From an uncultured Clostridia bacterium (GTDB lineage: Bacteria; Bacillota; Clostridia; Christensenellales; UBA1242), in contig CALEWH010000006.1 in NCBI GenBank assembly GCA_937925475.1, positions 15,490-79,489 of the forward strand: 64,000 nt of DNA, written 5' to 3'. Both the position numbers and the translations under genes were made by a program. The notes beneath the pieces were generated by a model, which had not been told where the DNA came from, did no database searches, and saw only the letters and a list, made by a program, of their open reading frames with translations. Below are positions 28,419-37,160 of this stretch, in pieces. Position 1 is the first letter of the stretch, and the number at the start of each line of letters is the position of its first letter.

Positions 28419-29180
28419 TTATTCTTCTACTTTTTCAGTAGCAGGAACTTCTGCTTCAACAGGTGCTGTTTCTTCATCTGTAACTAGTGCAGGGGCTACG
28501 CCTTCTTTTGCTTCGATTACAGCGTTTGCCATTGCTGCGGCAATAAGTTGAACCGCGCGGATTGCGTCGTCATTGCCTGGGATAACATAATCTACTTGAT
28601 CTGGATCACAGTTTGTATCAATAAGTCCTACAATAGGAATGTTTAGAGCGTGCGCTTCTTGTACTGCAATGTGCTCTTTCTTTGTGTCTACGATAAACAT
28701 AACATCTGGAAGTTTGGTCATATCTTTGATACCACCAAGGTTCTTCTCAAGTTTGTCTCTCTCAGCCTTCAACTTAATTACTTCTTTCTTAGGAAGCAAG
28801 TTAAACTCGCCTACCTTCTCCATAGTGTTAAGTTTGTTTAGGCGCTCAATACGGCTACGGATAGTCTTAAAGTTTGTAAGTGTACCACCCAACCAACGAG
28901 AGTTGATGTAATACATTCCACATCTTTTTGCTTCGTCCTCGATTGCTTTTTGAGCTTGTTTTTTAGTACCTACGAATAGGATTGTTTTGCCTTGACTTGC
29001 CATCTCTTTTATATAATCGTATGCTTTGTCAACCAAAACTGCTGTGTCTTCTAGATTGATGATATGAATATCATTTCTAGCTGTGAAAATGTATGGAGCC
29101 ATTTTTGGGTTCCATTTGCGAGTTTGATGTCCAAAATGAACACCAGCCTCAAGTAGTTGCTTCATTGAAATTACTGACAT
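28419..29180 (-). CDS. rpsB: 30S ribosomal protein S2
   Basis: ORF 28419..29210 trimmed to ATG 29180, which has an AGGAGG RBS. It contains [15 protein letters not shown] and has an acidic C-terminal tail. Confidence 0.97.
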   Translation of the reverse strand: MSVISMKQLLEAGVHFGHQTRKWNPKMAPYIFTARNDIHIINLEDTAVLVDKAYDYIKEMASQGKTILFVGTKKQAQKAIEDEAKRCGMYYINSRWLGGTLTNFKTIRSRIERLNKLNTMEKVGEFNLLPKKEVIKLKAERDKLEKNLGGIKDMTKLPDVMFIVDTKKEHIAVQEAHALNIPIVGLIDTNCDPDQVDYVIPGNDDAIRAVQLIAAAMANAVIEAKEGVAPALVTDEETAPVEAEVPATEKVEE

Positions 29181-29292
29181 ATTTTCCTCCTTGTTTTTAT
29201 TCCTCCCCAATCCCTTAAAACTCTCCTTCCCACCATACAGGCAACAGGAATTTGATAGGACGGGTGTGTAGTGTTTCTATGAAACCGTGCCT

Positions 29293-29321
29293 AGTGTATC
29301 ATATTTTTTCGCCTTTTACAA
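29293..29321 (-). promoter_or_regulatory. Possible rpsB promoter (extended -10)
   Basis: Reverse strand reads TTGTAA (29321..29316), a 17-nt spacer ending in TGa, then TACACT (29298..29293). This implies a leader of roughly 105-110 nt. Confidence 0.4.
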
Positions 29322-29352
29322 GTTATTTTTTAAATATATTTTATAAAAATAT

Positions 29353-29381
29353 AAAAAACAAAAAAGATGGCTCGTGCCACC
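29353..29381 (-). terminator. Rho-independent terminator after the DUF1292 gene
   Basis: Reverse strand reads GGUGGC-acga-GCCAUC followed by UUUUUUGUUUUUU. Confidence 0.65.
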
Positions 29382-29419
29382 TTTAAAATCAAAATCTAAA
29401 CTAAACAAAATATCAAATA

Positions 29420-29743
29420 CTATTCGTTGTCGATTTCAATACCTTGTTTTCTTAGAAGGTCATAATAATTGTCAAATACTTGGTCGATGACTTTGTCGTC
29501 TTCTTCAAGAACTAGACAATCTTCGTCGTCAATCTCTTCGATAGCAAATACTACTGCTTCGTCTTCGCCTAGTCCGTCCCATTTTTCTACTGGTCTAAGC
29601 AAAACATATGTCTTATCTTCTACTGGAATAACAGCGATTTGTTCAAACTCGTTTTCTTTGTTATTTTCATCATACAATACGATGTTTTCGTCGTTCTTCT
29701 CGTCCAACAACATATCTATTGGTGATTTTTTTTGTTCTTTCAT
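29420..29743 (-). CDS. DUF1292 (YrzB-like) acidic protein
   Basis: 107 aa with the pattern VLYDENNKENEFEQIAVIPVEDKTYVLLRPVE. It follows ruvX, as yrzB does in Bacillus. Confidence 0.8.
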   Translation of the reverse strand: MKEQKKSPIDMLLDEKNDENIVLYDENNKENEFEQIAVIPVEDKTYVLLRPVEKWDGLGEDEAVVFAIEEIDDEDCLVLEEDDKVIDQVFDNYYDLLRKQGIEIDNE

Positions 29744-29745
29744 AA

Positions 29746-30177
29746 TTATTCTCCTTTATGAGTATCAAGATACTCTTGCAATATTATTGTGGCGGCAAGT
29801 TTGTCAATTACTTTTTTGCGTTTGTCACGACGAACATTTGCCTGCACAAGTATGTTTTCGGCACTCACTGATGTAAGTCTTTCGTCCATAAAGTCGACCG
29901 CTATTTCGGACTTTTCTACAAGGCGTTTTGCAAACTCCCTTGTCGCCTGAACTCGCTCACCTTCGCTCCCGTCCATATTTAGCGGAAGTCCAAAAACCAC
30001 TTTCTTTACGCCTTTCTCTTTTATCAGATTTGACAAATATTCGAGATCGTAATCAAGGTTTTTGCGGGTGAATGTCTCATAAGGACTGGCTATTAAGCGC
30101 GTCATATCACTCATAGATATGCCTATGCGCACTTCACCATAATCAAGACCCATTACTTTGTAAAGCACTTTCTCCAT
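29746..30177 (-). CDS. ruvX: YqgF/RuvX putative pre-16S rRNA nuclease
   Basis: ORF 29746..30192. It contains GLDYGEVRIGISMSD and LPLNMDGSEGERV motifs. The start is ambiguous (30192, 30177 or 30153); I chose 30177. Confidence 0.88.
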   Translation of the reverse strand: MEKVLYKVMGLDYGEVRIGISMSDMTRLIASPYETFTRKNLDYDLEYLSNLIKEKGVKKVVFGLPLNMDGSEGERVQATREFAKRLVEKSEIAVDFMDERLTSVSAENILVQANVRRDKRKKVIDKLAATIILQEYLDTHKGE

Positions 30178-30223
30178 ACCATATAATAACACAATATATT
30201 TGTTTTTTCAAAGGAAATTTGGA

Positions 30224-30361
30224 TTATTTCAATTTTTCAATTTGTTTTTTTACGGCTTTTTTACCCTTCTCTACCATTTGCATTGCCTTTTCATTGTTGG
30301 ACACAACTACTGCCCCCACCATTAGACCTAATGCAAAAAACATTATTGCACAATCTTTCAT
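30224..30361 (-). CDS. Small (45 aa) membrane-anchored protein with a basic C-terminal helix; absent from the ORF track
   Basis: Own translation gives AAGGAGGAGATAT then ATG: MKDCAIMFFALGLMVGAVVVSNNEKAMQMVEKGKKAVKKQIEKLK, ending in TAA. The strong RBS favours this ORF over the plus-strand ORF 30219..30413. Confidence 0.5.
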   Translation of the reverse strand: MKDCAIMFFALGLMVGAVVVSNNEKAMQMVEKGKKAVKKQIEKLK

Positions 30362-30410
30362 ATATCTCCTCCTTGTATATTTTAAATTGTGCAATTTTTG
30401 TAGTTTTATG

Positions 30411-30439
30411 TAAAAAAGACAACCTTTCGATTGTCTTTT
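30411..30439 (-). terminator. Terminator after iscU
   Basis: Reverse strand reads AAAGACAA-ucgaaagg-UUGUCUUU followed by UUUAC. Confidence 0.5.
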
Positions 30440-30455
30440 AATTATATCTTCACAA

Positions 30456-31259
30456 TTACAACTTTTTAATCTTTTTAGTCAAACTTAAAAAGTTTTTATC
30501 AAGTTTTTTAGCGTTGTCCTTTTTAGCCTTCTTTTCAGCCTTCAACTCTTTGTCTATTCGTTTTAGAGATTTGTTGTCAAACTCAAATACTTCGCCCTTT
30601 ATTAGGTCGTCAGTTTTGACTTCTTTTTTCTCTTCTTTTACGACCGCTTTTTCGTTTTCTTTCTTTGCGTTTTTAAGCAAATCCATAGTACTATTCAATT
30701 TGCTCAAATTGGCCTTCTTTTCGTCGTTTTTCGATTTGTTTTCTACGACAACATTTTTGTCTTCGACTTCTTGTTTTGACTTCAATTCGGTCTTTGTTTT
30801 GATCTCAGTTGTGCTAGTGGCAGACGCTTTGGTCTTAGGTGCTTTTGCTGGGTTTTTCTTGCCAGTTTGTTCAGTCTTTGCTTGCTTTGCTTGTTTCTTT
30901 CTATACTTTGTTATCGCGTCTTCGATTGCCTCTTTTGCAAGCACCGAACAGTGGATTTTATGTACAGGAAGTTCGCCAACTTCTTTGATGATTAGGTCGT
31001 TGTCAAAGTTTAGTGCTTGGTCTACTGTCCAACCTTTAATTAGTTCGGTCGCGATACTCGATGATACTATTGCTGCCGCACAGCCAAATGTCTCAAAACT
31101 TGCATCTTGAATAACATCGTTTTCGTTGATTTTTAGATATATTTTCATAATGTCGCCACACGCAACATTTCCTACTTGACCTATTGCGTTTGCGCCTTTA
31201 AGTTTTCCGACATTTTTAGGATTTTTGAATATTTCCATTACCTTTTCATTGTACATCAT
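30456..31259 (-). CDS. iscU: Fe-S cluster scaffold IscU/NifU-N domain fused to a Lys/Glu-rich tail of about 140 aa
   Basis: Residues 1-125 carry the three Cys ligands (GNVACGD, FETFGCAAAI, HKIHCSVLA). Residues 126-267 are a low-complexity K/E/T/A-rich region. Confidence 0.85.
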   Translation of the reverse strand: MMYNEKVMEIFKNPKNVGKLKGANAIGQVGNVACGDIMKIYLKINENDVIQDASFETFGCAAAIVSSSIATELIKGWTVDQALNFDNDLIIKEVGELPVHKIHCSVLAKEAIEDAITKYRKKQAKQAKTEQTGKKNPAKAPKTKASATSTTEIKTKTELKSKQEVEDKNVVVENKSKNDEKKANLSKLNSTMDLLKNAKKENEKAVVKEEKKEVKTDDLIKGEVFEFDNKSLKRIDKELKAEKKAKKDNAKKLDKNFLSLTKKIKKL

Positions 31260-31261
31260 AA

Positions 31262-32440
31262 TTATTCACCTTTTGCCTTTTTCTTTTTTAGTGGGCTCAT
31301 AGATCTAAGTCTTTTTACGACTGCTTCAAGTTTTTCTACGACATAATCGACATCGGCTTTGGTGATATCTGCGCCAAATGAGAATCTGATTGCACCATTG
31401 CTATCTTCGTGGCTTAGTCCCATTGCTTTCAAAACATGGCTCTTTTCAAGCGAACCCGAAGCACAAGCCGAACCAGTCGACACAGCGATTCCTTCAAGGT
31501 CAAGAAGCATCAATATGCTCTCGCCTTCGATAAAACGGAAGGATATATTGACAATTCCTGGGGCTTTTTGATTAAGTTTGCCGTTAATTTTTATATCAGG
31601 GATTGTGTACTCAACTTTTTTAATAAAGTAGTCTGTGATAGCTGTTAGTTTGCGATTAACTTCTTTCATATCACGCATATTAAGTTCCATTGCTTTGCCA
31701 AAACCTACGATTGCTGGAACATTTGATGTGCCACCACGCTTGTTCATTTCTTGCTCGCCACCCATCATAAACTTCTTGATTGGAGTGCCAGTTTTTACAT
31801 ACAATGCGCCTACGCCCTTTGGTCCATGAATCTTATGTGATGACATTGATAGTAGGTCGATATGCATATCTACTACATCAAATGGCAAAACCGACATTGC
31901 TTGAACTGCGTCTGTGTGAAAATATGCCTTGTAGTCTTTCAATATCTTGCCGATGGCTTTGATGTTTTGGATAGTGCCTACTTCATTATTGACAGCCATA
32001 ATCGAAACCAAAGTTGTGTCAGGACGAAGAGCGTGCAAAAGTTCTTCGACAGATACTAGACCTTCGCTATCTACTGGCAAATATGTTACTTCAAAACCTT
32101 CTCTTTCAAGGTCGGCACAAGACTCCAAAATCGCATGGTGCTCTATCGAACTTACAATAATGTGTTTGCCCTTGCGTGCGTTTGCATATGCCACGCCTTT
32201 AATAGCCCAGTTGTCCGATTCTGTTCCGCCCGATGTGAAGAAAACTTCGTTGCGTTTTGCATTGATGCTCTTTGCTATTATGTCACGAGCCTTGTCCACA
32301 GCCTTCGCTGCTTCACGGCCAAATGAGTGAAGAGAGTTTGCATTGCCATAGTTTGTGGTGAAATATGGCAACATCTCATTAACTACTTCGCCCGCAACCA
32401 TTGTTGTGGCTGCATTATCCAAATATACTTTTCTATCCAT
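31262..32440 (-). CDS. iscS: Cysteine desulfurase (NifS/IscS type)
   Basis: 392 aa with the PLP-lysine motif [10 protein letters not shown] and the active-site loop [10 protein letters not shown]. Confidence 0.95.
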   Translation of the reverse strand: MDRKVYLDNAATTMVAGEVVNEMLPYFTTNYGNANSLHSFGREAAKAVDKARDIIAKSINAKRNEVFFTSGGTESDNWAIKGVAYANARKGKHIIVSSIEHHAILESCADLEREGFEVTYLPVDSEGLVSVEELLHALRPDTTLVSIMAVNNEVGTIQNIKAIGKILKDYKAYFHTDAVQAMSVLPFDVVDMHIDLLSMSSHKIHGPKGVGALYVKTGTPIKKFMMGGEQEMNKRGGTSNVPAIVGFGKAMELNMRDMKEVNRKLTAITDYFIKKVEYTIPDIKINGKLNQKAPGIVNISFRFIEGESILMLLDLEGIAVSTGSACASGSLEKSHVLKAMGLSHEDSNGAIRFSFGADITKADVDYVVEKLEAVVKRLRSMSPLKKKKAKGE

Positions 32441-32837
32441 TTGTTTGTTCTCCTTTAATCATATCTTGAAGAGTTATGCTGTCCAAGACTTCGTTTAGAT
32501 TGTCATAAATTACTTTGAAAATGTTTTTGTTGGGACATGCTGTGTTGTCGCACTTGCCCGATTTTGCACAGTCACTAAAAACCAAATCCTTTTCTAACAC
32601 CCTGAGTACTTGCCCGATTGTAATCTCGCTTGGATCTTTTGCAATCTCATATCCACCAGTTGTGCCACGAGATGTTTTCACAAGCCCACCGCGACGCAAC
32701 ATACCTAGTACCTTTTCAAGATACGGCTGTGTCACAAGTGTTTCGGTCGACAATTCTTTAAGCGTCATCGTGTGACTAGACTTGGCTAAGTGATACAAAG
32801 CATTAAGCCCATAACGGCTTTTTGTTGATAATTTCAT
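32433..32837 (-). CDS. Rrf2-family transcriptional regulator (IscR/CymR-like)
   Basis: 134 aa with [17 protein letters not shown] and a Cys-containing region [16 protein letters not shown]. It heads the iscS-iscU operon. Confidence 0.9.
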   Translation of the reverse strand: MKLSTKSRYGLNALYHLAKSSHTMTLKELSTETLVTQPYLEKVLGMLRRGGLVKTSRGTTGGYEIAKDPSEITIGQVLRVLEKDLVFSDCAKSGKCDNTACPNKNIFKVIYDNLNEVLDSITLQDMIKGEQTNG

Positions 32838-32863
32838 AATCCCTACCTTTTTAGTCCGAATTA

Positions 32864-32892
32864 ATTATATGAGATAAATGAGTGCTTGTCAA
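32864..32892 (-). promoter_or_regulatory. Consensus sigma-A promoter of the Rrf2-iscS-iscU operon
   Basis: Reverse strand reads TTGACA (32892..32887), a 17-nt spacer, then TATAAT (32869..32864). Confidence 0.6.
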
Positions 32893-32934
32893 TAGTTATT
32901 TATTAATAATTTTATTAATTGTGAAAAAAAACAT

Positions 32935-32956
32935 AAAAAAAGACCCTAAGGTCTTT
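32935..32956 (-). terminator. Rho-independent terminator of trxA
   Basis: Reverse strand reads AAGACC-uuag-GGUCUU followed by UUUUUAUG. It starts 3 nt after the stop. Confidence 0.7.
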
Positions 32957-32958
32957 AA

Positions 32959-33279
32959 TTATAGATATTGGTCAAACAACTCTTTTGTTTGATTAAGGTT
33001 TCTAAATCCAACAATTTTATCTATTTCTGCTCCGTCTTTATAAAAAATCATTGTAGGAACACTCATAATGCCGTTTATTTTGCAAAGTTTTTCGTTTTGG
33101 TCAACATCGACTTCGGCAATTTTGATGTCTTTGTATTTTGGGTCTTTGATTTGGGCAAAAATTGCACTTTGCATTCTACAAGGACCGCACCAAGTTCCAT
33201 AAAACTTTACAACAACTAGGCTATTATATTCCAAAACCTCTTGTTCAAAATTTTTCTCGTTTACATCTACATAAATCAT
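32959..33279 (-). CDS. trxA: Thioredoxin
   Basis: 106 aa with the WCGPC active site. Confidence 0.92.
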   Translation of the reverse strand: MIYVDVNEKNFEQEVLEYNSLVVVKFYGTWCGPCRMQSAIFAQIKDPKYKDIKIAEVDVDQNEKLCKINGIMSVPTMIFYKDGAEIDKIVGFRNLNQTKELFDQYL

Positions 33280-33320
33280 AATTTGCTCCTAATATATCTT
33301 TTGCAAAAAACAAACTAATA

Positions 33321-33995
33321 TTACTTTATAATGTCATTTACAACAACACTTGCAATAACACAGCCACACATTGCAGGATAGTACGAAATACTACCTACCA
33401 CTCTTCCATTTGAAACGCGGTCTTGTGAAGTAAACACAACTTGATGGCTGGTCACTCCTTCTTCTTTCAAACGCTTTCTTAGGATTTTTGCAAGGCCATC
33501 ATTGTGTGTATGGAAGATATCACAACACTTAAACTCAGGCACGCTATATCTATTGCCTGCGCCCATTGCACTAATCGACTTCACATCCAATTTGTGACAC
33601 TCTTTTATGAGGTCAATTTTATCTGTCACAGTGTCTATTGCGTCCACGATATAATCATAACTGCCTAAATTAAAATCTTGCAAGTTGTCTTTGTTTACTT
33701 TTGCATTAATTGCAGTGATGTTGATATCAGGGTTAATATCCAAAATTCTGGCTTTAAATGCGTCTGTTTTTAGTTTTCCAATAGTACTATGCAAAGCCAC
33801 AATTTGACGATTTATGTTTGTCACATCGACCACATCATAATCGACTATTGTAAGACTGCCTAGCCCTGCTCTAGCAAGCATTTCAGCGACATATCCGCCT
33901 ACTCCGCCGACACCAAAAACAATGACTTTTGCGTCTTTCAATTTGTCCAAATTTGACTTGCCTATAAGCAATTCTGTCCTATCACAAAACCCCAT
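33321..33995 (-). CDS. tcdA: ThiF/HesA-family tRNA threonylcarbamoyladenosine dehydratase (TcdA-like)
   Basis: 224 aa with the GVGGVGG nucleotide loop and NINRQ motif. Confidence 0.82.
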   Translation of the reverse strand: MGFCDRTELLIGKSNLDKLKDAKVIVFGVGGVGGYVAEMLARAGLGSLTIVDYDVVDVTNINRQIVALHSTIGKLKTDAFKARILDINPDINITAINAKVNKDNLQDFNLGSYDYIVDAIDTVTDKIDLIKECHKLDVKSISAMGAGNRYSVPEFKCCDIFHTHNDGLAKILRKRLKEEGVTSHQVVFTSQDRVSNGRVVGSISYYPAMCGCVIASVVVNDIIK

Positions 33996-33996
33996 A

Positions 33997-35244
33997 CTAA
34001 CCTCTCAAATAATCAAAAATTTCTTTTTGTCTTACTTGTTCTTGAACACCTGTTTGCATATTTTTAACTGTGAAAACTTTATTGTTTATTTCGTCATCAC
34101 CAACAGTGATTACATATCTCACATTAAGTTTGTCCGCATACTTAAATTGTGCTTTTAGACTCCTTAACATCAAGTCCATTTCCACACAATATCCCTTGTC
34201 TCTAAGTGCCTTTGCAAGTGACACTACAAACTCGTCATTTTGGGTTGCACTAGCAATATATATGTCCACTTTATTTGGATTTTCAATCTCTATGCCTTTG
34301 TTTTCTAGATACAATAGCAGTCTTTCAATCCCTATTCCAAAGCCTATTACTGGTGTGGATTTGCCACCAAGTTCTTCGATAAGATTGTTGTATCTGCCAC
34401 CGCCACCAAGTGCGTTTTGACCAAGTTTTTTGTCGTCATCTACAAACTCAAACACGATATTTGTGTAGTAGTCGATGCCACGAACAAGTTTTGGGTCAAC
34501 TCTAAAATTGATTTCTTCGACAGAAAGCAATCTTTGCAAGTGGTCAAAGTGCTCTTTACACTCATCACACAAACAGTCTTCAATAGAAGGAATATCCTTC
34601 AATATTGCCTTACACTCTTCGCTCTTGCAGTCTAGCATACGAAGTGGATTTTGTTTGTATCGGCGATTGCAGTCATCACACATTTCTGATAGGTGTGGTT
34701 TTACATATTCCTTGATAATCTCAATATATTTTTTACGACATTCTGCACAGCCAAGGTTGTTTATGCTGACAGTAGGATTTATCCCAAAAGCGCGATAAAA
34801 CTCAGTCGCAATCATAATAGTTTCGACTTCGGCAAGAACTGAGTTTGAGCCATACACTTCAAGACCAAATTGGTGGTGTTGTCTTAGTCTTCCTGCTTGC
34901 GGACGCTCATAACGAAAACAAGGTGTAATATAAAACATCTTTAATGGCATTGTTTCGTTGAAAAGTCCGTTTTCGATAAAACTACGCGCAACCCCCGCAG
35001 TTCCTTCTGGTTTTAGGGTGATTGACCTTCCGCCTTTATCTAAAAAGGTGTACATTTCTTTGTTTACTATATCGCTAGACTCGCCCACGCCTCTTACAAA
35101 CAACTCAGTATGTTCGAACATTGGTGTGCGGATCTCTTTTAAGTTGTATTTGCGTGCTAGGTCATATGCTACTTCTTGCACTTTTTGCCATTTATAACTC
35201 TCACTTGGCAAAACATCTTTTGTTCCTTTTGGAATATTTATCAT
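33997..35244 (-). CDS. hisS: Histidyl-tRNA synthetase
   Basis: 415 aa with class II motifs (GTKDVLP, FRYERPQAGRLRQHHQFG, GGGRYN) and an anticodon-binding C-terminus. Confidence 0.97.
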   Translation of the reverse strand: MINIPKGTKDVLPSESYKWQKVQEVAYDLARKYNLKEIRTPMFEHTELFVRGVGESSDIVNKEMYTFLDKGGRSITLKPEGTAGVARSFIENGLFNETMPLKMFYITPCFRYERPQAGRLRQHHQFGLEVYGSNSVLAEVETIMIATEFYRAFGINPTVSINNLGCAECRKKYIEIIKEYVKPHLSEMCDDCNRRYKQNPLRMLDCKSEECKAILKDIPSIEDCLCDECKEHFDHLQRLLSVEEINFRVDPKLVRGIDYYTNIVFEFVDDDKKLGQNALGGGGRYNNLIEELGGKSTPVIGFGIGIERLLLYLENKGIEIENPNKVDIYIASATQNDEFVVSLAKALRDKGYCVEMDLMLRSLKAQFKYADKLNVRYVITVGDDEINNKVFTVKNMQTGVQEQVRQKEIFDYLRG

Positions 35245-35263
35245 ACTTTCTCCTAATATAATG

Positions 35264-36574
35264 CTAGATTATATACTTGCTTAAATCATATTTCTTTGTT
35301 GTGTCTTTCAAGGCATTATCAACATACTTCTCATCAACCACAATGTCCATTACTGGATGATCACCGTTTGCATTAAACGATATGTCTTCAAGAACCATTT
35401 CTAGTATGTTGTGTAGGCGTCTTGCACCTAGATTCTCGCTTGTTTCGTTTTCATTTTCGGCTATCTCGCTTATTCGTTTAAGCGCTTCTGGGGTGAACGA
35501 CAAATTGATGTTGTCGACTCCAAGTAATTGAGAATATTGAAGAGTAAGAGCGTTTTTAGGTTGGGTCAAAATCTTGTAAAAATCGTCTTTATTAAGGTTT
35601 TGCAACTCAACTCTTATTGGAAAACGACCTTGAAACTCAGGAATCAAGTCCTCAACTTTGCTCACATGGAATGCGCCCGCTGCGATAAACAAAATGTAGT
35701 CAGTCTTAATTACGCCATATTTTGTAGTAACAGTGCTTCCTTCTACAAGTGGCAAAATATCTCTTTGAACACCTTCTCTACTAACATCTGGACCTTTACT
35801 TGCGCCTTTTCCAGCGATTTTGTCGATCTCGTCAATAAAGATTATGCCTTCTTGCTCAGCGCGTCTTATTGCTTCACTATTAACGCTATCTGAGTCAATA
35901 AGTTTGTCACTTTCTTCTGTCATTAGTAGTTCGATGGCTTTTGCGACAGTAACTTTTTTCTTATGGCGTGGTTGTGGGAAAATACTTCCCAACACATTTG
36001 AAAAATCAATGTCTGGTCCCATATTTGCCATAAGTCCAATAGGTTTTGGCGCTTCGGCAATGTTTAACTCAATAGTTTCATTGTCGCATTTACCACTGTC
36101 AATGTCTGCAAACAACTCTTTTCTTATCTCATCATCTGGCTTTTCAGGATTTTGGGATTTGCGTGTAGCAAACATACTATCTACAATCTTATTAATAACA
36201 TTTGTGCGGGCTTTGACCTTGACTTCTTGCATCTTTTCTTCTTTGACTAGTCTAATTGACACATCGACCAAATCCCTTATCATACTCTCACAGTCACGAC
36301 CTACATAACCTACTTCTGTAAATTTTGTGGCTTCGACTTTTACAAATGGCGCTTTAACAAGTTTTGCAAGTCTTCTAGCAATCTCGGTTTTGCCGACACC
36401 AGTAGGTCCTTGCATAATGATGTTTTTAGGTGTGATTTCATCACGCATCTCCTTAGGAAGTTGGCTACGACGATAACGGTTTCTAAGCGCAATAGCAACC
36501 GCTTTTTTTGCATTGGCTTGACCGATAATATATTTGTCAAGTTCGTTTACTATTTGTTTTGGTGACAAATCCAT
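35264..36574 (-). CDS. hslU: ATP-dependent protease ATPase subunit HslU
   Basis: 436 aa with Walker A GPTGVGKTEIARRLA and Walker B IIFIDEIDK. Confidence 0.95.
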   Translation of the reverse strand: MDLSPKQIVNELDKYIIGQANAKKAVAIALRNRYRRSQLPKEMRDEITPKNIIMQGPTGVGKTEIARRLAKLVKAPFVKVEATKFTEVGYVGRDCESMIRDLVDVSIRLVKEEKMQEVKVKARTNVINKIVDSMFATRKSQNPEKPDDEIRKELFADIDSGKCDNETIELNIAEAPKPIGLMANMGPDIDFSNVLGSIFPQPRHKKKVTVAKAIELLMTEESDKLIDSDSVNSEAIRRAEQEGIIFIDEIDKIAGKGASKGPDVSREGVQRDILPLVEGSTVTTKYGVIKTDYILFIAAGAFHVSKVEDLIPEFQGRFPIRVELQNLNKDDFYKILTQPKNALTLQYSQLLGVDNINLSFTPEALKRISEIAENENETSENLGARRLHNILEMVLEDISFNANGDHPVMDIVVDEKYVDNALKDTTKKYDLSKYII

Positions 36575-36575
36575 A

Positions 36576-37109
36576 CTACACCTCCTCGCAAGTTATGTGG
36601 TGATTTGTGTACACACAAATGTCACCAGCTATTTCTATACATTTTATGGCTATTTCTCTTGCAGATAGATTTGTGTTTTGAATAAGCGCACGGCCTGCTG
36701 CAAGTGCATAGTTTCCGCCACTGCCGATAGCTACAACATTGTTTTCAGGCTCAATGACTTCTCCACCACCCGATATCATAAGTAGTTTGTGCTCATCAGC
36801 AACAATCATAAGCGCGTCAAGTTTGCGTATATATTTGTCATCTCTAAATCCTATTGCCATCTCAACAGCACTACGCATCAAATTTCCACTAAATTTTTGC
36901 AAAAGTTCTTCAAATCGAGCCGACAACGCAAATGCGTCAGCAACAGATCCTGCAAATCCAATAACCACACGATCATTGTATATTCGTCTTACTTTTACTG
37001 CGTTGCCTTTCATAATTACATGCTCGCCTACTGTGACTTGTCCATCACCGGCAATAGCAGTTTTTCCATCTTTTTTTATTGCTACGATAGTAGTTCCTCT
37101 AAATTCCAT
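36576..37109 (-). CDS. hslV: ATP-dependent protease subunit HslV
   Basis: ORF 36576..37115 (start codon GTG) trimmed to ATG 37109, which has AAGGAG 5 nt upstream. It begins MEFRGTTIVAIKKDGK and contains GFAGSVADAF. Confidence 0.95.
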   Translation of the reverse strand: MEFRGTTIVAIKKDGKTAIAGDGQVTVGEHVIMKGNAVKVRRIYNDRVVIGFAGSVADAFALSARFEELLQKFSGNLMRSAVEMAIGFRDDKYIRKLDALMIVADEHKLLMISGGGEVIEPENNVVAIGSGGNYALAAGRALIQNTNLSAREIAIKCIEIAGDICVYTNHHITCEEV

Positions 37110-37160
37110 AAGCACTCCTTGTTTTGTTTATTATATCATAACTATTTTACTATTTCAAAT

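Noticed and set aside
30219-30413. Plus-strand 64-aa ORF from the track.
   Set aside because: It has no RBS and runs against the local transcription direction. The minus-strand 45-aa ORF with an AAGGAGG RBS explains the region better.
30514-31110. Long plus-strand ORFs antisense to minus-strand genes. Examples: 30514..31110 (198 aa), 58946..59491 (181 aa), 5007..5540 (177 aa), 55032..55520, 39668..40168, 50273..50800.
   Set aside because: Each lies fully inside a confidently assigned minus-strand gene. Their translations are S/F/L/I-rich and low-complexity, as expected for the mirror frame of AT-rich coding DNA, and they have no RBS.
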